Of a stretch of 33,736 nt of DNA, positions 11,100-20,586 are shown piece by piece (positions within the stretch are counted from its first letter, which is position 1; each line of letters opens with the position of its first letter). The notes beneath the pieces were generated by a model. That model worked only from the letters and a program-made list of their open reading frames with translations. It ran no database searches and had not been told where the DNA came from. A program made the position numbers and the translations under genes. The stretch comes from Parasitella parasitica NRRL 2501 (taxonomy: Eukaryota > Fungi > Mucoromycota), in contig MU619425.1 in assembly GCA_025201805.1 (NCBI GenBank), positions 5,213 through 38,948 of the forward strand, written 5' to 3'.

Positions 11100-11448
11100 C
11101 TATTTTTGGGTTTGTATTATGATATCTTGAGGCGTTAGTAAACACGCTGAGAGACGTTGATGTGGATTATCAACAATCATAAACGAAGAAGCCGACTTTG
11201 AGCGAAAGAAGGATTTCTGTTTTTTTAGTTTGAGATTAGGTATTGCAATTGTGGACTCGCTTGTGGCAAGTTTTAACTGATTTTTATCATCGCCTTGTGC
11301 TTCTTCTTTTGCGCGACATGATGTGGAACAGAAATTACTACACAACAGCTATAGATCAATCTGTAAATCTTTCTAGCTTTAAATGGTCTATTTACACTAC
11401 GTCTCCAGTCAATTGACTCTCGCAGAATAAACAAATATCTGTATTCAT
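11100..11448 (-). CDS. Ecl1-like small Cys4 zinc-binding protein, 2 exons (11396-11448, 11100-11337)
   Basis: Removing the 58-nt intron GTAAAT...GTAG (11338-11395) gives MNTDICLFCESQLTGDVVNFCSTSCRAKE, matching the CxxC...(Y/F)CSxxCR pattern of the Ecl1 family. Confidence 0.72.
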
Positions 11449-11686
11449 AGTTCTGTCAAATTAAGAATAAAAAGCAAAACAAGTACCTCATAATGATATA
11501 GAAACTCGGACAATTCTTTGATTTATTGGCTTTTTCTGTCAAATTCTGAAGAATCAACAAACATGCAAATGAATCATAAACATCAACGCAGTGAATGGTC
11601 ACATTAAGGAACCCAAAAAAACAAAACAAAAAAAAACAGTGCATGCAGTTTCTCTCCTTTGTAAGAGCGTATCATTTCATTATACC

Positions 11687-13294
11687 ATGGCAGCTGCTGA
11701 ATATAAGCCTTTGGAAGGGGATGATGATATAAATGCACCACAATCACCACCACAATCAGCCACAACTATAACACCACACACTTTTATCCAACCCACTACT
11801 ATTTATGTCCAGGACTATGAACAACAGCATGCAACTGCCTCCCCGACTAGCTGTGTCATTAATCTTGCAAATACTATCCTGGGAACAGGCATGCTTGCAA
11901 TGGTAAACATGAGCATGCATTTTTTTGCTTGAGCATACGCATTAACAACATACAAAAGCCTTCTGCTATGGCATCTGTAGGTATTCTACCCGGTATACTA
12001 CTGATTTCATTTTCTGCCCTGGCCTCAGGAACAGGACTCTATTTTTTGACGAGATGTGCAGCACGTACAGAGGGAAGAAATGCGTCATTTTTTGCCATCT
12101 CCAAGCTAACATGGCCTAAAGTCGCTGTATTGTTCGATTTGGCCATCGCCATTAAATGCTTTGGCGTAGCAGTGTCCTATTTGATCATTATTGGCGATTT
12201 GATGCCACAAGTTATTGGTTCGTTCTCGAATCACGCCAGTATTGCCTATTTCTTGACAGATCGACGTTTTTGGATCACGATATTTATGTTGACCTTGGTC
12301 TTACCGCTGAGTTTTTTAAGGAGATTGGACTCACTCAAGTACACAAGCCTAGTTGCTTTAGTAGCTGTTGTATATCTCTGCGTCATTGTCGTTTATCACT
12401 ATTCTTCACCAACATATCCACCTCCACCACAAGATGCTATTCAGCTGGGCACATTTAGTGTAAATGTGTTGGGACATTTGCCTGTATTTGTCTTTGCATT
12501 TACTTGTCATCAAAATGTAAGGCTAAAAATAGGCACCCAGAAGACCTAAAACTAACATGATCACAAGATCTTTTCTGTTTACAATGAGCTTAAAGATAAT
12601 AGCAAGAGATCAGTTAATAATGTAATTACTATTTCGATTGGTTGCGCAGCCTTCGTCTATGAAGCCATTGCTATATTGGGGTATCTAAGCTTTGGCAAAG
12701 ATGTCCGAGGAAACATCATCATGGAATGTAACGTATTGCGATTTTAACATCTAAACAGCAATTGATTAATGCATTGATTATCAGATCCGCCTAGCTATTT
12801 TGTTGCTGGCGGCCGTTTAGCGATTGTAGTACTGGTAATATTCAGCTATCCTTTACAAGCTCACCCCTGCAGAGCTTCCTTGGATAAGGTGTTGGCCTGG
12901 GGGTCGCATTCGACCACGGGTTCAAAATTGCCTCCTCCTCCTTCAGCCTTCAAGTTCTTTGCCATGACAACGTTCATCTTGATCCTGAGCTATATTGTTG
13001 CCATAACTGTCAGTGAACTTGATTTGGTAAGTATGCCATGTTGATAATCAGAAATACAAGAAAAATCTCAGCTTTTTTTTTATTGTTATTAAGGTATTGT
13101 CTTTTGTCGGATCTACAGGGTCTACAACAATCTCATTCATACTGCCAGGCCTGTTCTACTACAAGATCCATGAGAATGACCCCTGGAGCCCTTCCAAGAT
13201 AATTGCAGTCTTATTAGCTGCATATGGTACCTTTGTTATGACAGTGTGTCTAACATTTAATATAATGCGCTTGACAAATCACATCACCGCATGA
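11687..13294 (+). CDS. Amino acid transporter, Aa_trans/AAAP family (vacuolar AVT5/6/7-like), multi-exon
   Basis: Motifs NLANTILGTGMLAMP, AIAIKCFGVAVSYLIIIGDLMP, LDSLKYTS, FAFTCHQN, SYPLQAHPCR and VGSTGSTTISFILPG. Confidence 0.93.
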
Positions 13295-13516
13295 AACATC
13301 GAGCATCGCATAGACAATAGCACTATCCTTTAATTATAATAAAGACAACTCGAGATTCATTATCGGTTGCACTGGCGTTTATGTACGTTGTTCATTCAGA
13401 AACAAGTTTGTTAAATAACCTACCTGCATCATGTAGTATAAATACTCGCTCTCAATATACCAAAAATCAGCTTTTCCTCTTCTTTTCTTATTTTCAAAAA
13501 ATTATTTATACTGTAC

Positions 13517-15793
13517 ATGATAAACATGGTTACAACTAGCCCAACTTCTCCTCCCAGCGTCGCAAGGACCCAAAAAGAACAAGAAGCTGCCGACAGCCTA
13601 ATTGATCTTCAGCAACGAGATTCGGACCCTTGCGATGATAATGATGATGGCGTTGCAAAAACTGAAGATAATGGTGTCAGCTCTCCATCAAACAGCTCTC
13701 CAATTGAAAACACACATCCCACCTCACCTATTATTGATACCTCAGCTGATCCTCTTTATCAGTGCAGCCCCAATAGCCAAGACAATGCATCGATCAAACT
13801 TGAACCATCGCCCGAGCAATCGCCTACAGCCAGTCGCCACGGGCTGATTCTTCTCCCACCCATCAATAGACCAAGAGAATCAGCTGTTCGATCAACCCTC
13901 GATAGAACATTGCCTGTGCTTGATACCCTTTTCCGCGAAGAAGACGAAATCTTTTACCGACAGTCAGCACTATCTGCTTCAAGACATAGTCATGAACATC
14001 AGCACCACCGCTCAAGGAAAAACAAGCGTGTTGAACGAGGCAGCAAGTCTCCCAAGCCTAATCAGTATAATCAAGAAACCCACGCTCCTGCACAACAGCT
14101 GGCACATGCTCCAAGACGGGGTCGTGGTCATGCTCGTGTGCAGTCTCATGTTCAATTTGAAGCCCATGCCCATGCTCCTACTAATGCACAAATTTATCAT
14201 TTATCTAAGGCACAAGCGCAGGCTTATGGCCAGCCTCAGTTAGATCAACGAGAGCCGATTTTTCAACATGAAATGCAAACCATAAAAAGCTCTCGCTCAT
14301 CTCAAAAGAAAAACAGATTAAAGCCACCCTACCAACTCCCCTCCATGAGCCATAATGTTCGTGGACTAGAAGACCATCGTAATTCACAAGCCTGGTCAGA
14401 GCCAAGCGGTAGCAAAATCAAAAGCCCATCAGACCATATTGATCGGAAATCACTGCAAAACTCCTTCTCCATCTACGAGGATGGTACTCGCATTCGACGC
14501 ACCATCTTGAACAGTCGACAACAGTCTCCTGTCTCTGTTTCGCCTACCTCCTCGACTTCGTCATCCCCTCGTCAAAACCAGATGGAAACCATGGCACATC
14601 GCGGACATCGTCTTATCAAAAGTCCTTCTCGACAACTGTCTCGTCAACTGCCAGCTCAACAACAAGCAGTAGTTTTATACCAAAAATCTGAAAATCAAGA
14701 AGCAGGTCAACAGCATCCATCCCCGTATCATTTGGCTCCACAGCAGTCAACTTACCACCAAGGTAGAGGCACCCAAATGCGCACTTTAGATCAACCCGGA
14801 TCGTCGCACGGGAGAGTATCATTACAGCCCGTTGTGTACTATCAACCCATTGATCCGCGCCAGGCTCAACCTAGTAGCTACGTCTCGCAGCAAGTATACA
14901 TCCAGAGAGATTCGCAAACTTATCGTCAACAGCAAATGTATGAGCAAAGTATGCATCCAGCACATCAACAGCAGCAATACCAGCAGCAGCAGCAACAACA
15001 GCAAAAACTGCAACAACTTCATCAACAACAACGTTACCAGCAATACCTTCAACAGCAGCAACAGCAGCGTCTTTCTCAGCTGTCATCGAGCCATGAAATG
15101 GCCAAGAGTCATCTTCAGCAAGCAATGAACCAAGTCAAAGCTGCATCACGCCAAAAAAGAGAAACTAATGCTAGCCACGACCGCTTACCTCGCAAAAAAC
15201 CACAGGCTTACAGGGAAGAGAGGCCAACTAGTACATCGCCTGCAAACACATCTGATACTGCTATAACCGCAGAGGCAGAAGATGAGGATGTGTATAAAGC
15301 AAACGAACACGAGGAAGATGACGAAGATGACGACGATGACGAAGATGATGATGACGACGACGATGATGAAGATGGCGAGGTCGTACGTGCTGGTCCATCT
15401 AGAAGTTACTCCAACTTCCAAAATCCCAGCAAAACAGAAAAGAAGTCTACTAAAATCAACAAGAAGGGCAAAATCGTCAAGGAAAAGCCTCGATGGACAT
15501 CTCAGTTGCGTGAGGCACTGTTGAAGACTATTATCTCATTCAAGACTCTAGACGACATGACAAGTTTTCATTGGAGTGAAATTGGCAAAAAAGTGGGTCG
15601 CTCAGGGAAAGCCTGCAAAGATCAATGGCGAAGAGCCCTGTTGCCTAAAATTCAGCAAATATTTGATCCCTGCGATCACTGCGAGCAAGATTGCAGTGCC
15701 GGCTGCCCTGCTTCTTTGCATCATCATCACCAACAGCATCAACAACATCAACACCAACAACAACACCAACAACATCGTAATAATAAGAATTAA
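13517..15793 (+). CDS. 758-aa Q/S/P-rich protein with a C-terminal Myb/SANT DNA-binding repeat, single exon
   Basis: KPRWTSQLREALL...FHWSEIGKKVGRSGKACKDQWRRALLPKI shows the three spaced Trp of a Myb repeat; poly-Q and poly-D/E tracts. Confidence 0.85.
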   Translation: MINMVTTSPTSPPSVARTQKEQEAADSLIDLQQRDSDPCDDNDDGVAKTEDNGVSSPSNSSPIENTHPTSPIIDTSADPLYQCSPNSQDNASIKLEPSPEQSPTASRHGLILLPPINRPRESAVRSTLDRTLPVLDTLFREEDEIFYRQSALSASRHSHEHQHHRSRKNKRVERGSKSPKPNQYNQETHAPAQQLAHAPRRGRGHARVQSHVQFEAHAHAPTNAQIYHLSKAQAQAYGQPQLDQREPIFQHEMQTIKSSRSSQKKNRLKPPYQLPSMSHNVRGLEDHRNSQAWSEPSGSKIKSPSDHIDRKSLQNSFSIYEDGTRIRRTILNSRQQSPVSVSPTSSTSSSPRQNQMETMAHRGHRLIKSPSRQLSRQLPAQQQAVVLYQKSENQEAGQQHPSPYHLAPQQSTYHQGRGTQMRTLDQPGSSHGRVSLQPVVYYQPIDPRQAQPSSYVSQQVYIQRDSQTYRQQQMYEQSMHPAHQQQQYQQQQQQQQKLQQLHQQQRYQQYLQQQQQQRLSQLSSSHEMAKSHLQQAMNQVKAASRQKRETNASHDRLPRKKPQAYREERPTSTSPANTSDTAITAEAEDEDVYKANEHEEDDEDDDDDEDDDDDDDDEDGEVVRAGPSRSYSNFQNPSKTEKKSTKINKKGKIVKEKPRWTSQLREALLKTIISFKTLDDMTSFHWSEIGKKVGRSGKACKDQWRRALLPKIQQIFDPCDHCEQDCSAGCPASLHHHHQQHQQHQHQQQHQQHRNNKN
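14960..15067 (+). repeat. CAG/CAA low-complexity repeat encoding poly-Q
   Basis: Runs such as cagcagcagcagcaacaacagc within the Myb gene. Confidence 0.8.
15310..15373 (+). repeat. GAY/GAR trinucleotide repeat encoding an acidic tract
   Basis: gaggaagatgacgaagatgacgacgatgac... encodes EEDDEDDDDDEDDDDDDDDED. Confidence 0.8.
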
Positions 15794-15918
15794 AATGTAT
15801 ATAGATATAACCCTAAAATGTCAATCATTTTGTAATAAAGAATCCACTTATTAGACTATAAAAACGAGAATTGCTTCATTGTTTACTGCGCATCATTAAA
15901 ATAACAGTGGAAAGGCCA

Positions 15919-16170
15919 TTATAACTTTGATTGAGATTCATTAATCACACCAATTTGCATAGGAAGCCCTACTTGTTGCATAACCGAGTCATTGTGCAGC
16001 GACTTGAATTGCTTGGTAGCGTCTTTTCCTGCCATCTTGACGAGAACCTTCTTACCCCCTGGATGCTCATTGACGAACCGAGTCAGATCAAACACTTTTC
16101 CTTCTATAACAACCCAGATGTCCTGAGCGGTATTGTGCTGAGCAACCTCTTCGATAGTGTAAGAATTCAT
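15919..16170 (-). CDS. Small soluble cytochrome b5-domain protein with C-terminal PTS1 (SKL)
   Basis: [10 protein letters not shown]...[21 protein letters not shown]...[13 protein letters not shown] includes both heme-ligand His. No TM tail; ends SKL*. Confidence 0.93.
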   Translation of the reverse strand: MNSYTIEEVAQHNTAQDIWVVIEGKVFDLTRFVNEHPGGKKVLVKMAGKDATKQFKSLHNDSVMQQVGLPMQIGVINESQSKL

Positions 16171-16361
16171 TATTTGAAGTAGAGTTTTTCTTTTTTCTTT
16201 TTTTTTTTTTTTTTATAAGAAAAGAAAGAGAAAGATTACACAAACAAATGACAGGGTTGGTTGCAAGCAGATATGCTGAGTGATACGGAAACACGCGCAT
16301 GTGGTAATATGGTTAATTGACATGTTGCACGTGATCTTTAATGTTGATCTTTATTTTTACA

Positions 16362-18149
16362 TCAATGGGCAGAGCACTTTCGAGCATATACATGATGCAG
16401 ATTCATAAATGCTTTTTGTGAATCCAGCTCTGTATTCATAGTTTCTATGTCATCGTTGTAGGGAATACCGTCGCTGCTGCTGCTGCTTATACTGCCTCGA
16501 TCACTCGCTACTGAATCTAAATCGACATGTTGAATGAAATCCATGAACAAATCGTTAATGCTATCTCTAAAAATGACACCAAGCTTTCCACCCCAAACAC
16601 CTAACGGTAATGAAATATAGTTTGAGCCAAAGTGCTTCTTCTTTCTCCTTCTAGTCTGGTCCGAGTCTTGGTCCAACGGCTCTTGTTTATGAGATTCGAA
16701 AACATCGGATGTGAGATCACCCAGTTTTCGAGCTAAACGTGGATTTAAATCATGGGATTCCATCATTTGAAATACTAGAAGTCATCAATGAATTTACAAT
16801 ACCATATACGCACATGAAAATATACATGCCTTTTGCGTTTAATTTGTGTGTAGTTGGTCCTGCCTTTGGGTTGCCATAAATTCTCATGTCCAATTCATAC
16901 AGCTCAACGTAACCCTCTGGTTTGCAAACCCGATGACATTCCTGAACCATCTCCCGATAACAATCATCACCGTAGGCGTCCAACAAGAACCGAGCATATA
17001 TAAAATCAAACGATTCGGCAGGGATGTCTTTGATGGTTTTGAGGATATCATAATAGCATCGAATGTATTTAAAGTTTTTCGGTACTTTTCTCTGATCAGG
17101 GCAAGGGCCACCAGTTTTATCATCCAAGCCAACCACCAGCCAGTTTGGACATAATGCTGCTGTCTCAGTGCACCACGTCCCATCTCCACAACCTATATGC
17201 AGAACATGCTTTTTTGATTCCATGTGCATGGGGCTCTGAAAGGGACTATAACAGAAATGACAGTTAAAATGCGCATTGCAACCATGTATATTTGAGCTTA
17301 CCCATTCAAGGCAAGTCGAATCAAATCATTACGTATCGCAGATCTTGTAAACAATCTAGACTTAAAATCGCCAGCCAAGTGCGGGCCATCTTGATCGGTA
17401 TCCTCGTCTTCGTCGGTCTGCTCCAGCGTGCCAAGTTCATCCCAATCAACCAGGTCACCATCTTTCTTGAGCTTTTTGAATCCCACCTCAGGACGGTCAA
17501 TATCTTCAGGCAGCGCAAAAACAGAATTTTCCCTGCTACTGTCTTCAGCGCCAATGTTTTGATTAGTAGCAGGATCATCAGCAGTTGCCATGCTGATGTT
17601 TGTGTTACATAAACAAGGCGGATGCTTGGTCCAGTCTTTGGAACGCACACTATCATCATCTTCTTCTTTTTGCTCTTCCCATTCATTGTCAGCATCACTA
17701 ATTGACGTAGAAGCATGGTTGCAACAAGCACAGCATTTTGATTGAAGCTGGCGGTCTGAATCTGTCGAGTAGTCGCCATTTTCATGCTGTTTGTCAGTGT
17801 CGTTGTTGTTATACTCTGCAGCACAAGAATGATTGCGAAATAGTAATCCATGGGGTCTGTGAAAATGAATCAGATTGTTCTTAAATTTTTGCACGCCACC
17901 GCTAGCAGCAAATATACTCTTTCCTATAGATTTTTCGTCGTAGCTGTTTGTATCCGCACTTGATCGACCAGCAGTAGGAGGCTCCACATTGGATATTGTA
18001 ATAGGCTTGCTGCTATGCTGTGCTACAACAGGCTCATTGTTGACAGCATTCTTTTGCTGATCGCTCGCGCTCACTGGTGGTCTTTTGTCATGGTGGTTTT
18101 TGATATGTTGCAACCAAGTTAGCAGTGTATGCTTGTTCTTCTTTGACAT
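16362..18149 (-). CDS. Class I SAM-dependent methyltransferase (LaeA/TAM-like) with long disordered N-terminus, 3 exons (17302-18149, 16830-17246, 16362-16774)
   Basis: Motifs VLHIGCGDGTW, VVGLD, SFDFIYARFL, ECHRVCKPEGYVELYE and ISLPLGVWGGKLG. Introns 17247-17301 (GT-AG) and 16775-16829 (GC-AG). Confidence 0.85.
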
Positions 18150-18159
18150 GTTTTCACTG

Positions 18160-18192
<33 letters not shown>
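18160..18192. repeat. Poly(dA:dT) tract (33 nt) just upstream of the methyltransferase ATG
   Basis: Uninterrupted A run on the + strand. Confidence 0.9.
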
Positions 18193-18194
<2 letters not shown>

Positions 18195-18314
18195 CCGGAT
18201 TTTTATACTAGTCATAATCTTGCTTTATTAGATGTGGGGAGTGTATCATACATTAATGCCAGCTTGAGTTTCTAAAGAAGTGGACCAGAGAAACTGTTTT
18301 ATTTAACGACAATA

Positions 18315-19647
18315 TCAATTTTTTTTCGGGACAGTAGCAGGTGCTTCGGCTACCGTTTTTCTACGATCGCGCTTGATGGTGTCCCAATCTATGCCTGAAT
18401 TTACTCTTTGTTTCATTTTTAAACTAGTGGAAGATCCAATGGCAGACGCATTCTTTCTCTTTTCCAGCTCTTCCTGCTGTATTCTTGCGTGCTCTGCCCT
18501 AGCTCTCATGGCTGCATTCTGCCTTGGTTGCTTTAATACGACAGATGCAGACCGAGTAGGCGTTGATGTGCCTGAAGATGAGGGAGCAGCTTTAATTTGA
18601 CGGGTTTGCTGTTGCTTGGCAGCCGTCTGAATAAACTTTGACGGTGCTGTTGCTATAGATACAGGCGATTCACATATAGATGGTGCTACAATATGGATAA
18701 CAAATTAAGACGACCTGAGTATACAATTGGGCAAATCTACATACATGAAATGCGGCGCTGCGGTTTCGTCGTGGTCTTGGCAGCATTTGATGTTATGTTT
18801 GTATTCAATGAATATCTCTTCTTGGTTGCTGTAGCGGAAGACGACAAGTTTGACGAAGGCGCAGTGCGAGATGTAGTAAGCTTGGAGTCTTCTACCAGAT
18901 AGGATCTTAAATCTGGTATAATATGGCTATGTTCACCAACGCTGAGCAATCGTGAATAATGTAAACTAGGGCATCTTGCTTACCTTCTTGCTCTTTCCAC
19001 GCGAGGATTCACACTGCTTGTGGTAGAGTTTGGCTGTTCGTTTTCCCCTAAATACAATATATTAGAATAAATTGGCCACCTCTATACATCATAAACCGTA
19101 CATGATATCCATGATGAACCAAAACTTTGAGGGAGGGTCTTGCTGTCGTCATTTTTTTCATGCTTAGCCGTATCTTTGCGCTGTGTCTTTTGCGGTTCTG
19201 ACTCACGATGTCCCCACCATTCTGGAAATGTGTTTGGCATGTTTGATTTGTCTGTGTGTATGATTTCTCCTGTTCGCACGTTGTAAACTGGTTTTGTTTT
19301 TAGCAATGCTAGTTCGTTTTCGGTTTCTTCTGCTATGGGCTCAATGCCTTTGTCTTCAGGCACAGTGGCATCCTCTTCTTTCTCTGTGGTATCATGTCCT
19401 TCCTGATCCTATTGGATGTATGTATTGACTTTTTCTTTCAGCCGCTGAAATTTACATAATATAAACTTACACTCTCTTGTTTATTCTTCAGGAAATCAGC
19501 AGTAGACTGATTTAGTTTGTCACGGTCTTCAGAGTAGAGTACGGCGAAACAAATCAGCTCTTTCAACAAGTTGAACACGTCTGTAGGAGGGTATCTATTA
19601 AGGAATTCATGGACGTAAGGAGGTAGCGTAGTGAGAAATGCTTCCAT
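18315..19647 (-). CDS. Hypothetical 5-exon protein; helical N-terminus, S/T/K-rich disordered body
   Basis: The four ORF-track pieces, plus a short exon near 18985-19047, join in frame through four GT-AG introns (donors gtaagt, gtacgg, gtaagc, gtatgt). No family recognised. Confidence 0.7.
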
Positions 19648-20586
19648 TATGTAATGGAATGAAAGAAACAGGTACTTTATTTTTACTCTTTTTGAGTTTT
19701 TGTCGTATTAAGGGGCAGCAAAATGCTATTGGGTCACATTCGGTCGTTCCACTGCCGTATTATTGTTAATAGCAAATTGAAATATGAAAAGCTATTCAAT
19801 ATTTCTAGAACGATCTTCAAAGATCAATGCAGTACTGTGTTTTCTGAATATCAGTTCTTAAAATGGAATGTATGTACCGTATACACTTGTAGTTCTTTAT
19901 TTATTTAATATAAAAGCTGTTGTCAGCCGATGCTCAAGTTTGACCGATATTTCGAGTTAATCGAACAACGATCTCTCGTCATTCAAACATCTGTGGCGTG
20001 CAAGAAATTAACTTTTGTAATTGGAGTCTTATTATGGATTCTTCGAAAACCCCTCCTTCCCCCCCCCGCCTCAGTTTCAAGCATCTTGACCGACTCCCAA
20101 GTAAAAAGTACCATCTTTGAAAATAGTATACTAATAGTTATCGTCCAACTTTACAATTACATAACAAATATTTTGGTTTTAGGTCTTTTCTAGCTAATGC
20201 TGATGTCAATTCAATGCATTGGATAGCATCTAGGATGGAACTAGTGGATACCCTTTTCGTTTTTGGTATCCACATAAATATGTTTGAGATTACTGGATAC
20301 TTGGACAAGTAAGGCAACTATTTTATCGCTTTCCCTGCTAAATACAATTCCATGCATTTTGTTATAAATGGCATTTTGTAACGTTCCCTTGTCAAAAGTC
20401 AACTATTTTACTTGATGCGAATGTAAATACATATATAATTGGTTCAGTCCACCTCTCGCTCACATAGTCATGTCCCACTCAGTTGCTGTGGCCTCGGGGG
20501 AGAAATTATTGATTGGCAAACTATAAAATCTGCAGATTACGTGGATTGTTAAAAAATTACATTTCTTTCTTACATCTTTATACAAA

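Noticed and set aside
7794-15793. Harbinger transposase and Myb gene as one two-gene element
   Set aside because: They are over 4 kb apart with three host genes between them, there are no TIRs, and the Myb repeat looks like a canonical host type.
3797-18149. Isoprenoid/sterol biosynthetic cluster (hmgR, cytochrome b5, methyltransferase)
   Set aside because: No synthase, prenyltransferase or P450; the genes are interspersed with unrelated housekeeping genes.
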